From a virus (lineage: Duplodnaviria > Caudoviricetes), in the IMG/VR virus record IMGVR_UViG_2706795740_000001, positions 62,342 to 126,341 of that record: a stretch of 64,000 nucleotides of DNA; one strand, 5' to 3'. The notes beneath the pieces are model-generated. The model worked only from the letters and a program-made list of their open reading frames with translations, was not told the origin of the DNA and made no database searches. Position 1 is the stretch's first letter, and every line of letters starts with the position of its first letter. The position numbers and the translations under genes are program-made. This document shows, one piece after another, positions 9,244 to 18,775 of this stretch.

Positions 9244-10029
9244 TTACCATCCTTTTTTAGCAACTAAAACTTCTCCAATGAACCTTCTTATATCAGAATC
9301 AAATTTGTCGTCATAGTTGTTTACTAGAACGTAATCGACTTCATAAGTCCCTGCGTTACGCTCCGTCTCGTCCTTAAGCAGTTTCTCGTTCAGGTCAGCA
9401 TATCCATCCAGTTCCGCAATCTTAGCAAGTCGCTTTTCTTCGTCAGGTGAAATACCTACAATGGTAGCCCCTAGATTCCGAAAGAATGAATACTCATTAG
9501 GTTGGCGAAGGTCTTGGCAGATGAACTTTTCTGTTCTGCCCTTCAGAAACGATTCGATATTTCTACGTAACCACGTTTTTATCCAAATATTTGGGTCTTT
9601 CTCACGTAGGCCCTGCCCGACCATGATAAGCAATTCGCGATTCTTGCCTTTTACGCCACCTGAGATTGCTCTGGCGATCTCGTAAATCGGTTCAGCAAGT
9701 GGCCGGATAATACTTGAGGTCAGAAACTGCATGCGAATAACGTCAGCAATATGGTCTTTTCCTGACCTCGCTTTAGCTGTGATTGCTACTGTGCCTTTTG
9801 CTAATGCGTTACGGACAGCAATCATAGTACCTACGACAAGTTGCTCATCCTCAGGTATCTCAGATAAGTCCACTGATAACATGGGCGCTGTTTGTTGGTA
9901 CTCGCCTACCTGCAAAGTGGTCAAGTTGTACCCTACATGGGTCGGATACTTGTTGTTATTTGTAATCTGAGAGAATACGTAGATGTGCTCACCTTTGCCA
10001 TTACGGACGATATAGCCTGACTTTTTCAT
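9244..10029 (-). CDS. Deoxynucleoside monophosphate kinase-like protein with N-terminal extension
   Basis: AKARSGKD P-loop, RELLIMVGQGLR, DLRQPNE. Confidence 0.8.
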   Translation of the reverse strand: MKKSGYIVRNGKGEHIYVFSQITNNNKYPTHVGYNLTTLQVGEYQQTAPMLSVDLSEIPEDEQLVVGTMIAVRNALAKGTVAITAKARSGKDHIADVIRMQFLTSSIIRPLAEPIYEIARAISGGVKGKNRELLIMVGQGLREKDPNIWIKTWLRRNIESFLKGRTEKFICQDLRQPNEYSFFRNLGATIVGISPDEEKRLAKIAELDGYADLNEKLLKDETERNAGTYEVDYVLVNNYDDKFDSDIRRFIGEVLVAKKGW

Positions 10030-10061
10030 CTTTGCCCCTTCCCTTCTATGAGTTTTTCCTT

Positions 10062-10102
10062 CTCACTGTTGATGGTCGTTGTATGGGAGTGAAGAGTTGC
10101 GA
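10062..10102. repeat. 41-bp identical direct repeat (second copy 43223-43263): promoter
   Basis: Base-by-base match. Confidence 0.9.
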
Positions 10103-10128
10103 CAAAGAAAAAAGTAGGCTTATTTAGC

Positions 10129-10452
10129 CTACTTAGCAGTTTTCATCCTTTGGTAGATATCCTCGCACCACTCGTAATCTCGCATCCACAAAGCGATATC
10201 CATGAGTGCATAGAGTCCTATTTTATCGAGACTATTTAGTTCCCATTGGGAAGCCTTTCGGGCCATGATAGCATGTGCCCTAGAGCCTACCTTAGCTTTT
10301 ATACGAACATTCTGTGGAGCTACGGTGGTCTCCCTACCATAGAGACTTACGACCACCTTATCAGAATAAGTGCTAACTACCTTACCAATAAGACCATGGC
10401 AAGAATGCCCTTCACTATCTACTTCAATAAAATCATTTTCTTCAGGAAACAT
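10129..10452 (-). CDS. Hypothetical protein (SH3-like plus IDEAL-like tail)
   Basis: C-terminal LMDIALWMRDYEWC resembles the IDEAL motif. Confidence 0.55.
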   Translation of the reverse strand: MFPEENDFIEVDSEGHSCHGLIGKVVSTYSDKVVVSLYGRETTVAPQNVRIKAKVGSRAHAIMARKASQWELNSLDKIGLYALMDIALWMRDYEWCEDIYQRMKTAK

Positions 10453-10464
10453 CGTATCACTCCT

Positions 10465-11187
10465 TTAATGTCTGCTAAAGCCTTTTATCCGACCAAATCT
10501 TTCAGCCTTCTTTTCTATTTTTGTTAAGATTCGACTGATTTGTGCCTGCGATACGCCAAAATATTTGGATAAAGTAGTCTGCTTGATCCCATCACGGTGA
10601 TATCTAAACCATACCCTCTTTTCCGTGTCCGTCAAGGTAGCTAGGAACTCTCTGAGGACTAACCTATTCACAGAGTCGCCCTCAAAGGGTTCATCGTAAA
10701 TAGTCTCTTCAAGGGTCACAGCCTCACTGTATCTCTCATAACAGAACATGGCCTCGCTCATTGACCGGAATGTCGGATTATAATTAAGAACCAGCTTGGC
10801 GTTTTTAAGGCTTATATCAAACAGGGCCGCCACGGATTCAGGTGACGGGTCTTCCAGATCTAATTGCTTTATTTTGCTGTGCAATTCCTTTACCATGCGT
10901 GGAGTCTTAACCATGTCGTTATCTCTCAAGAAACACTTAATCTCTCCAACTATCATGTGAAAAGCATACGTAGACAGCTTCACCCCGTAGTCAGGACTGA
11001 ATCTCTCCTTGGCCTTTAAAAGACCAATCATGCCAATTTGGTAGAGGTCATCGTAGTTTGCTCCAGTAGTATGTTCGATAGCCCTCATTAAAGGGACATA
11101 ACGGCGACATGCTTTATGGACAAGGCCTTCATTCTTGGCAATGAACTCAGATACTGTCATATCGGTATTATTGAAAGTCAGATTCAC
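10465..11187 (-). CDS. RNA polymerase sigma factor (SigF/SigG-like)
   Basis: DDLYQIGMIGLLKA.ERF...GVKLSTYA...IVGEI..FLRD; GVSQAQISR; probable GTG start at 11187 after GGAGTG RBS. Confidence 0.9.
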   Translation of the reverse strand: MNLTFNNTDMTVSEFIAKNEGLVHKACRRYVPLMRAIEHTTGANYDDLYQIGMIGLLKAKERFSPDYGVKLSTYAFHMIVGEIKCFLRDNDMVKTPRMVKELHSKIKQLDLEDPSPESVAALFDISLKNAKLVLNYNPTFRSMSEAMFCYERYSEAVTLEETIYDEPFEGDSVNRLVLREFLATLTDTEKRVWFRYHRDGIKQTTLSKYFGVSQAQISRILTKIEKKAERFGRIKGFSRH

Positions 11188-11282
11188 TAGATTCACTCCT
11201 TCCATGTCTCTCAAGATTTATGGTGGAGTTATGTCTGAAGATAGTTGCGAAAAACAAAAAGGCGGGGCTTTGCCCCACCGGA

Positions 11283-13562
11283 TTAATGACATTCCTTAAT
11301 TAAACTGCCATTATCATCAAAAGAGATTGAGCAAGATCGAGTATCCGACATTAGGTCTTGCTCATCTTCTTCTATCTCTACCACTTTCTCGAATGTGTTG
11401 TGTTCAGCCCGAACAGACAATACTTGCGTGTCACGGCTACCGTCTACATATACAGTAGTTCCTTTGCAACCCAACGCATATGCAAGTTCGTACAGCTTCT
11501 TATTATCCTCTACTGTAAATGTGGAGGGAGCATTAGCTGTCTTGGATAGAGAGCTGTCTACCCATTTTTGAATTACTGCTTGAACATGAATATGGGCTTC
11601 AGGGGAGATGTCTTGCGCAGATACAAAGTAATCAGGAAGCGCAGTAGCTTCTGGGTGAACGTCAAAAAACTCCTGAGCAAGAGGCACACGAACCTCTATG
11701 AACTCTCCTAACCTGCCACTGCGATAGAACACAAAAGCAAAGAAAGGCTCTAAGCCCTGTGCTACCCCAGCCATAGTACCAGTAGAGCCTGTAGGAGCAA
11801 CCGTCAGTGAGCAGACGTTACGTATTCCCTTCTTACGAATTGCTACCTCTACTTCAGGATGGGAGGCAATCAATCGTCGCATGAAACCTGAAGACAAGTA
11901 CCCTTCTACTTCAAATAGTGGGAACGAACCCTTTTCTTCAGCAATATTAGCAGATGCCAAATAAGACTCCACTGCCATAAACTCGGCCAACTCTTCAATT
12001 ATCACCAAGGATTCCTTACTACCGTAGGGGATTTTTAACTTGATGAGCAGGTCGGCAAGGCCCATCCATCCCTTTCCAATACGTCTTTCCCCTTTAGCCA
12101 TTTTCTCGTTCTCTTCTAAGAAATAGAAGCTGTGGTCGATGATATTATCGCCAAAACGTTGAGAAACATGAAGGATTTCACGATATAGCTCCCAATCAAT
12201 GCCTTGTGTTTCTTCGTTATATATCTTCTCCAAGTTTACCGCATTCAGGTTACATACAGCGAATCCCGGTAGACCTTGTTCTCCGCATGGGTTTGTAACC
12301 ACAGTTGGGGCATAGTACGAACAATTTGCTTCCTTAGTGTAGTGGTCAATAAAAATAATGCCCGGCTCTGCTGAATATCGGGCGGCAGTGTTGATAAAGT
12401 CCCACATATCCTGTGCAGGGATGGTAGTATAGATTTTAACAGGAAGACCTTCAGCTTCCCACTTACGTACATCGCCCATCAAGTGCCAATTTTCATCATA
12501 GAAAGTCTTCTGTTCAGGAGTAAGAGCGTCAATGTCAGGGAAGCGTAATTCCCAATCTAGTCCCTTTTCTACCCTGTCCATAAAGTCGTCCGAAATAAGC
12601 ACAGAAATATTTGCCCCTGTCATGAAGTTAACGTCTTTGACTCCCACGGGCTTACCTGCTTCATCGCGTAAAAGATACTTCTCAGCAAGTTCACGAATAA
12701 TAGGATGCTTTGTTTCTTTTGATATCTTATCAAGTAGATATGGGTTCTGAATCTTACACAAAATGAACTCTAGTACATCTGGATGCCAGTCGGCCAACCC
12801 TATCATCTGCGCTCCCCGCCTCGTACCGCCTTGGATAATGAGGTGGGTTAATTGAGAGAGGTAGTTAGCCCAAGAGATAGAGCCGGACGAGAACCCGTTG
12901 ACCCCGTGTACAGTTGCCTTTGTGGGGCGAAGAGTAGAGATGTTTGAGCCTACGCCGCCCCCACGAGACATGGTTTCTGTAGCAAGCCCAATATGTTCAA
13001 TAATCCCACCACGACTGTCCTTAATAAAAGGGAGCACAAAGCAATTAAAGAGTGTTACATCTACCCCACTGCCTGCACCATAAAGGATGCGGCCGCCCGG
13101 AATATTGTACATATTAGCAAGCAACCAGTAGAATTTCTCGAACCAATATGCTTTTAGCCTATCCGTCTTCTCAACCGAAGCGACGCCCTTGGCTACACGA
13201 TAGGCAATTTGCTCCCAGTACAACTCAAGAGGTTTGATGATATCTACTAAATCACGGACGATTGTACCAATACCCTCAGGATATTCCACATCAACCGTGA
13301 CATATGCGCCATCAACTTTTACTACCTTACCGTACCCTTGTGTGGGATACTTTGAGTGATGTTTTACGATTACTAAAACAATATCGTCCTCTTTCAGTGT
13401 AGTGAGCAGGTTGTCTCGAAAGGAGTAACGGTCAAGCATGATTAGCTTCTGAAGGCCTTCAAATTGAGATAGCGGCCCTCTTTCTTTGTATAGCTCGGTG
13501 GGGTCTTTCACATAAGGAAAAAGCCCCTCCTCTTCGCTTCGTAGCTGTTTCAAGATTTTCAT
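11283..13562 (-). CDS. nrdJ: Class II (adenosylcobalamin-dependent) ribonucleotide reductase
   Basis: PGGRIL, NCFV, GGGVG, QGGTRRGAQM, EPG, TNPCGEQ, VAPTG, KGTTVY; single chain, no beta subunit nearby. Confidence 0.9.
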   Translation of the reverse strand: MKILKQLRSEEEGLFPYVKDPTELYKERGPLSQFEGLQKLIMLDRYSFRDNLLTTLKEDDIVLVIVKHHSKYPTQGYGKVVKVDGAYVTVDVEYPEGIGTIVRDLVDIIKPLELYWEQIAYRVAKGVASVEKTDRLKAYWFEKFYWLLANMYNIPGGRILYGAGSGVDVTLFNCFVLPFIKDSRGGIIEHIGLATETMSRGGGVGSNISTLRPTKATVHGVNGFSSGSISWANYLSQLTHLIIQGGTRRGAQMIGLADWHPDVLEFILCKIQNPYLLDKISKETKHPIIRELAEKYLLRDEAGKPVGVKDVNFMTGANISVLISDDFMDRVEKGLDWELRFPDIDALTPEQKTFYDENWHLMGDVRKWEAEGLPVKIYTTIPAQDMWDFINTAARYSAEPGIIFIDHYTKEANCSYYAPTVVTNPCGEQGLPGFAVCNLNAVNLEKIYNEETQGIDWELYREILHVSQRFGDNIIDHSFYFLEENEKMAKGERRIGKGWMGLADLLIKLKIPYGSKESLVIIEELAEFMAVESYLASANIAEEKGSFPLFEVEGYLSSGFMRRLIASHPEVEVAIRKKGIRNVCSLTVAPTGSTGTMAGVAQGLEPFFAFVFYRSGRLGEFIEVRVPLAQEFFDVHPEATALPDYFVSAQDISPEAHIHVQAVIQKWVDSSLSKTANAPSTFTVEDNKKLYELAYALGCKGTTVYVDGSRDTQVLSVRAEHNTFEKVVEIEEDEQDLMSDTRSCSISFDDNGSLIKECH

Positions 13563-13629
13563 AGATTGTGCAGTCCTCCTACCAAATTTGAGTTAGGGTT
13601 TTATGGGCACGTCTTGCTAGTTTGCAGTC

Positions 13630-13872
13630 TCAGTACACATCGAGACAGGCAATACACCTGTCGATTTTGCGGCGAATTTCCTCGATATCTTCTTTCATTT
13701 TCACGTCAGCGTTGTACAGATCAAGGTAGCTTTCACGTAGCCTGTCTTGCTCATCGGTAAGGATACACTTGCCCTCTCCGTCAAGTACATTGTCTACATC
13801 AAGGCCCATGTCTGTGATAGCTTGACGAGTCTCTTTGACTGCCCCGTAGAGGTCACGGAATTTGAATCTCAT
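13630..13872 (-). CDS. Hypothetical protein
   Basis: ATG 13872 overlaps the previous stop; GAGGGG RBS. Confidence 0.55.
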   Translation of the reverse strand: MRFKFRDLYGAVKETRQAITDMGLDVDNVLDGEGKCILTDEQDRLRESYLDLYNADVKMKEDIEEIRRKIDRCIACLDVY

Positions 13873-14165
13873 TGATATCCCCTCGTCCTTTCTATGTGAC
13901 CTGATTTGTTCGTGTAGATTACCGTGAAACAATCTTGCAAGCAGGCTTTATGCCCAATCAGTAGGTTCTGCAAGCTGAGATTTGAGGTCACGTCAGCATC
14001 CATGATTCGCTCTAATACTTGCTCAAGCTGAACCTTGTTGCGACGCAATACCTCAACTGCGGCCGGGGACACATGATGCATAGTCTGTTCGATATTTCTG
14101 ATAGCTTCCTCAATACGGCCCACTTCTTCGACCACTACACCTAACGTATAAACATATGTTGCCAC
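13869..14165 (-). CDS. Hypothetical protein
   Basis: GTG 14165 after GGAG RBS, downstream of promoter 14227. Confidence 0.55.
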   Translation of the reverse strand: MATYVYTLGVVVEEVGRIEEAIRNIEQTMHHVSPAAVEVLRRNKVQLEQVLERIMDADVTSNLSLQNLLIGHKACLQDCFTVIYTNKSGHIERTRGYQ

Positions 14166-14380
14166 CCTAACACTCCTTTCTAATTCTAGGTCGTCCTTAG
14201 CCAAGCCGGACACCTCCGACACTCTTTATGGTCGGTTCATGGCTGACGATAGTTGCTTATGAAAAAGAGGGCTTTCGCCCTCAATCTTCTTCAAAGAAAC
14301 CTACGATTATGATGGCGGCGACACAATATCCAAACGCCAGAAATAAATACCCAAACACCAGTAAAAAGCCCACAGCGCCC

Positions 14381-14971
14381 CTACTCTCTCATTTGACGTT
14401 CAATTTCGGCCTGTAATTTATCCTCAGGTGCTTCCCATCCTTCTGGCTTGATAATCTTGTTGTTACGGTCAGCATCGTAACGTGGTTTACCATCAGGAAA
14501 TAGCTTTGACATGTTGGCATTCTGTACAATTTCAAACAAAGCTTGCGGTCGGACACCGATCTCCACAAGATTGCCCAAGATAAAGTATAGAGCATCAATA
14601 TTAGCATCAACTTGTGCCACTACGTCTTCAGCGTCAATCAGTTCTTGCAACTCTTCCTGAATCCACTTCACACGAGCCAACACACGCTCTTTGTCCATAA
14701 AGGTAGGCTTGTCAGCTACAGGGTGGTTAAAAGCTTTTTGAAATTCTCGAACATCATTCCAAGCCTTGTCGAGACCTGTGTTACCGATGACATAGGAGTC
14801 CTCTATGATGCATAAACTCATGGCATTGTCTACCAATTCAGCGGTAATAACCATTTCTGCCTCAGTATCGTAAGCGGCGACGCCATGTCCATTCTTGACA
14901 GCAATGGTTATGTCTGGATTTTGTTTGCATAGTTTTTCCCAATTTTCAATTAGTTTTGTGATTACGTCCAT
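14381..14971 (-). CDS. MazG-like NTP pyrophosphohydrolase (all-alpha dUTPase-like)
   Basis: VREFQKAF, EELQEL...DA.ID, ANMSKL, KIIKPEGW. Confidence 0.8.
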   Translation of the reverse strand: MDVITKLIENWEKLCKQNPDITIAVKNGHGVAAYDTEAEMVITAELVDNAMSLCIIEDSYVIGNTGLDKAWNDVREFQKAFNHPVADKPTFMDKERVLARVKWIQEELQELIDAEDVVAQVDANIDALYFILGNLVEIGVRPQALFEIVQNANMSKLFPDGKPRYDADRNNKIIKPEGWEAPEDKLQAEIERQMRE

Positions 14972-14998
14972 GCTTAATTTTTCCCCCTGTTATTTGAA

Positions 14999-15481
14999 TT
15001 AATCGCAAGAACTGCTATATGAACTACTAGAATCATAAGAGCCACTGTCGTAGGAAGAGCTGTGGTGTCCATCATCATTGCAAGCATGGCTTGAGTAGCT
15101 AGAGTGACTACGACGGTTATCGTCATCGTTATGGTACGAAGTAGTATACATAGCAGATACCGGATTAATCGGGCTTAGTGGATTTATAGAGTTCAACAAG
15201 GAGTCTTCATCATCGAGCCTACTGTTTGAAGTCGAGCCATGACTGTGAATAGTTGCTGTACGTACGCTATTTTTCTTCTTAACGTCAAGCTTTTGGCGCA
15301 TCTGTGGCTTATCTACAGACATTTTCATATCAACCACCTTCGTATTCTTTACGGCTTTTATCCTGCGACAGATTCGTTCTTTCAGAGGCTTTATCCAGAT
15401 CATGTAGATAGTGCCTAAAATCAAACCAATGACAGAACCAGTGACAACCCCAAGTAGAATATCTGCAATTATTGACAACAT
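14999..15481 (-). CDS. Membrane-anchored protein with Ser/Asp-rich tail
   Basis: N-terminal TM helix; low-complexity SSYDSGS...SSSCD end. Confidence 0.6.
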   Translation of the reverse strand: MLSIIADILLGVVTGSVIGLILGTIYMIWIKPLKERICRRIKAVKNTKVVDMKMSVDKPQMRQKLDVKKKNSVRTATIHSHGSTSNSRLDDEDSLLNSINPLSPINPVSAMYTTSYHNDDDNRRSHSSYSSHACNDDGHHSSSYDSGSYDSSSSYSSSCD

Positions 15482-15599
15482 ATTAGATCAACCTCCAAGA
15501 CTCTAGTACCTGCATGACTTTCGGGTATTTAACCCACAACCAAGCGTATAGCGTTAGTAGCTTATGCTTCATTGAGCAGTGACACCTCCAAATTATTCG

Positions 15600-15782
15600 T
15601 CAATTCCGACTTCTGTTTTTAAGGTGCTTCTGGGTACGCTTGGCTTCCTTTATTGCGGCACGGCGGGTAGCTCGGTTGTACTGCATGAAAGGAACAGACT
15701 TGTTCAAGTCCGTGTCATCTGGTAGGCTAACAAGATCACTCCCTTGTATCATTGCGTTGAATGTTTTGTTGATTGGTTGCAT
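15600..15782 (-). CDS. Hypothetical protein
   Basis: GGAGG RBS; basic NRATRR tail. Confidence 0.5.
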   Translation of the reverse strand: MQPINKTFNAMIQGSDLVSLPDDTDLNKSVPFMQYNRATRRAAIKEAKRTQKHLKNRSRN

Positions 15783-15867
15783 ATAGCATCCTCCTTAGAA
15801 TCATTTCCAGTCACTGCAAACAAGACTACAAAAATGGTTACTGTCCAGAAAAATATCCCGAAAATCA

Positions 15868-16140
15868 TTATTTGCTCTCCTTAAAGATTACCGTTCCTTC
15901 CAGAATCCCTAGCGTAGTGTCCTCTTGAAAGAAGAATGTCTCTGGTGTCTCTCCTTCACGCATTGGACGGGTAATGTACCAAATACTATCTTTGTCTTTC
16001 CAAGTAGCATTAACGAACTTTTGGCCTTTTGGTACATCCACTGTAATAGTCCCACCGAATGAGCGTGCGACAGGATTGCAACCTACCAGCGTCACCGACA
16101 ACATAACCATTGCCGCCAGCCCAAGAACTGCTTTCTTCAT
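15868..16140 (-). CDS. Phage lipoprotein
   Basis: Lipobox LVGC, ARSFGG motif. Confidence 0.7.
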   Translation of the reverse strand: MKKAVLGLAAMVMLSVTLVGCNPVARSFGGTITVDVPKGQKFVNATWKDKDSIWYITRPMREGETPETFFFQEDTTLGILEGTVIFKESK

Positions 16141-16142
16141 GC

Positions 16143-16219
16143 CCATCTCTCCCATATCTCATTTGCCTTACACTATCTATGGTGGAGTTATCTATTAAAA
16201 TAGTTGCGAAAAATAAAAA
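16143..16219. repeat. 77-bp identical direct repeat (second copy 31650-31726): promoter, leader and RBS
   Basis: Base-by-base match. Confidence 0.9.
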
Positions 16220-16233
16220 AGGTAGCCTATCGG

Positions 16234-16431
16234 CTACCACATGAAATACCCACGCTCTTTTATCTTCTCCCAATTCTGCACTGATTCGATTACCTCTCGC
16301 TCTTCAGTGACGCCGTAACAGTCCGTTATGACATTGATTTTGACAAACTCCTTATCGAACCTTTTTGTCCACTCTTCTGTGCAAGGTTCTACGCTTTTAA
16401 CCTCTACGATGTAATGCTCCAAAGAATTCAT
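16234..16431 (-). CDS. Hypothetical protein
   Basis: AGGAG RBS, coupled ORF. Confidence 0.6.
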   Translation of the reverse strand: MNSLEHYIVEVKSVEPCTEEWTKRFDKEFVKINVITDCYGVTEEREVIESVQNWEKIKERGYFMW

Positions 16432-16637
16432 TCGACTATTCTCCTTATGAACTTGATGTTATGGCTGACCCAATCAGACTTGCAGTCTTCATGTATTTGC
16501 TCTCCGTTCTCACACTCAAGAAAGTCCTCCCCGACACGGACAGACTCACCGCATTCATCGCAGTAGAAAGCAGTCTTGTAGTCGGTCGGCTCAAGCCAAC
16601 GGGCGTGTAGACGGGCAAGGATAGCGTCATTATTCAT
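16428..16637 (-). CDS. Small Zn-finger protein
   Basis: CDECG...HEDC; ATG 16637 overlaps the upstream stop. Confidence 0.55.
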   Translation of the reverse strand: MNNDAILARLHARWLEPTDYKTAFYCDECGESVRVGEDFLECENGEQIHEDCKSDWVSHNIKFIRRIVE

Positions 16638-16836
16638 TGCGGGCAATAGAAGCGTTAGCCCAAAACATAGCTTGCTCAATGTTACGCAAAGCAAGGGTAC
16701 GCTCCGCACTGTTTGGGCATAACCCTAAGACAATGTTGGCCAGTTTCTTGGCTTCAGCTCGGAGTTCAGTGTACTTCTCTGGTTGGCCTTCCTTTGGCGG
16801 GTGATACGTAAAGATATTGTCAACATCGTACTTCAC
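16630..16836 (-). CDS. Acb2/Tad1-hairpin-like small protein (candidate nucleotide-signal sponge)
   Basis: FTYHPP...YTELRAEAK...CPNSAERTLALRNIEQAMFWANASIAR; GTG 16836 after GGAGG. Confidence 0.6.
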   Translation of the reverse strand: MKYDVDNIFTYHPPKEGQPEKYTELRAEAKKLANIVLGLCPNSAERTLALRNIEQAMFWANASIARNE

Positions 16837-16858
16837 ACTAAAACCTCCATTTCTTTTA

Positions 16859-17143
16859 TTATTTAGGAAACTTGTATGCTCCAAATAAGGTCTTCCTAAC
16901 AAGCACAGGCTGTCCGCCTTTAAACAGCGGGGTAACGGCTATGTTTTTTGAGATAAAGTCATCAGGAATACCTGCGCCATCCTCGCCTTTGGTATGGTAC
17001 ATGAGGCGATTTCCTAGCTCAGTCTTGATAGCGAACTGTTTATCATAGAGTCCCGTTACCACCCCATAAACCCAGAAGCCTTCATTACTTATAGTTGGTT
17101 TGTAACTGACTTCAACTAGCTGGCCTACGTCTACTGTGCACAT
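16859..17143 (-). CDS. Hypothetical protein
   Basis: GGGGAG RBS. Confidence 0.5.
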   Translation of the reverse strand: MCTVDVGQLVEVSYKPTISNEGFWVYGVVTGLYDKQFAIKTELGNRLMYHTKGEDGAGIPDDFISKNIAVTPLFKGGQPVLVRKTLFGAYKFPK

Positions 17144-17539
17144 AAAATCACTCCCCTTAAATTTCTAGCGGGCGATAATTAAGACTCGATCCAAGTGTGC
17201 CCTCTTACCTATAGTCTCCCGGCATAATATTCAGCCCAACGCTCTGCCCAATATTCTTCTTCCTCTTCATGGCACTCTTTACACAGACAATTGAAGTTCA
17301 TGAAATCGTCCTCATATGCTGTCGCACCTTTCTTAGTTACACAGATATTCAGCATACTATCTCCCCGTTCGGGAGAGATTAAACTTTTTATCAGTGTCTA
17401 AAACATGAAGGTGTTTTACGCCGTCAACCTCAATTATCTTACCGTCCCAAGCTCCGTTTATTACGTTGAACTCTGTCCCTACAGCGAGCTTAGATACATC
17501 AGTCCACATTATTGCTCACCAAAAGCACTAATGGCTTAT

Positions 17540-17794
17540 TCATTTTCCCGACGCCTTGTAAGGTGCAGTGAGGGCCACAAGAACAAGGGATGAACCTATC
17601 ATCGGTACATAGATAGGAAACGAGAACAACAAAAACAGAAATAGGAATATTAACAAACTCGCTGTAAGGTCGGCATAATAGGCGATTATGCCCATCAGAT
17701 AACAAATAGCAATTAACGGCACAGAAAACCCCAACAAGTACGCCAGCAATGCACCAATGCTTCCAAAAACAGCGCCTCCGATATAGCTGTGCAT
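17540..17794 (-). CDS. Small membrane protein
   Basis: Several hydrophobic helices; GGAGG RBS. Confidence 0.45.
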   Translation of the reverse strand: MHSYIGGAVFGSIGALLAYLLGFSVPLIAICYLMGIIAYYADLTASLLIFLFLFLLFSFPIYVPMIGSSLVLVALTAPYKASGK

Positions 17795-17796
17795 GA

Positions 17797-18069
17797 TTAT
17801 TCCTCCCCGACTACTTTTAGTTCAAAGGTACGCTCAATAATATTTGCGGCTTCTGATTGGCTCTTAATGGCATAAGTTCCTTTTGTGAGATTCATAGCCT
17901 TCACGTCAGAAGCATAAACGCCGCCACCTGAAGCACGTCCCGCATGTCGCATAGTCATGCTAAACTGAACCTTGTCCCCTACTTCAACGTCCTCAAAGAA
18001 CCTTGCACGTGTTTTCTTCTTTATTCCTATTACTTCATATAAAGGACTTTTCATTATGATGTCTCTCAC
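17797..18069 (-). CDS. Hypothetical protein
   Basis: Coupled ORF. Confidence 0.55.
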   Translation of the reverse strand: MRDIIMKSPLYEVIGIKKKTRARFFEDVEVGDKVQFSMTMRHAGRASGGGVYASDVKAMNLTKGTYAIKSQSEAANIIERTFELKVVGEE

Positions 18070-18458
18070 CCTTTACCCTCCTTTAATTCATTTAGCTCTT
18101 TCTCAGCAGTCAGCATCCGGTCAACAATTGCGTAAAAGTCCCTGTCCCGTAAGATCATGAAATCATCCCCGTCACCGAACCCTACAGCATACACAGGAAT
18201 TTTACCGCCTTCGTACAAAGCTTCTTCAGCAATCTTATCAAATATCGCACGATAGATTGTCCGTTGCTTGCTTGGCTTTGCCCTGTCCTTCCCCTCAAAC
18301 AGAAACATATCAGAGTAAACATCGCCCTTAGCCATCCAGTGGCTACCTGAACCAGAAACTCGACGGGCGCTCATGCCCGCCTGTTCCTTCAAGTTCTTAG
18401 CAATTCGATTCGATTGAACAACATCAATCTCTCGAAAGTTCCTACGTTTTGGAATCAT
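18066..18458 (-). CDS. Hjc-like PD-(D/E)XK Holliday junction resolvase
   Basis: SGSG...KGDV...LFEGK; downstream of recA. Confidence 0.7.
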   Translation of the reverse strand: MIPKRRNFREIDVVQSNRIAKNLKEQAGMSARRVSGSGSHWMAKGDVYSDMFLFEGKDRAKPSKQRTIYRAIFDKIAEEALYEGGKIPVYAVGFGDGDDFMILRDRDFYAIVDRMLTAEKELNELKEGKG

Positions 18459-18775
18459 AGTTCGCTCTTCGCCTTTAACCCTGACGCGATGGGTGATGTT
18501 TTCCTTACATACTCAGCAATTTTAAGTAGCTCTTTTCGGTCATCGTGCGGCATTATATCGAACACTACAGTTACAGGTTTAACGATAATACCTTCAGAGG
18601 TCAGTCGAGGCTTGAGAGCTGTGCCGCCCAACGACATGAGGTGAGTATTAGCATAATCTAGCAGGCGCACCACATCTTCGTGGCCACGGTCATCGTCCCA
18701 CTCAACCCAAGCCACACCCTTCGGCTTATTGCTCATCTTCGCCACTTCCTTCAGGGCTAAGGTGTTCACTTGCAT
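18455..18775 (-). CDS. Hypothetical protein
   Basis: Coupled ORF; real start probably MSNKPK. Confidence 0.5.
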   Translation of the reverse strand: MQVNTLALKEVAKMSNKPKGVAWVEWDDDRGHEDVVRLLDYANTHLMSLGGTALKPRLTSEGIIVKPVTVVFDIMPHDDRKELLKIAEYVRKTSPIASGLKAKSEL

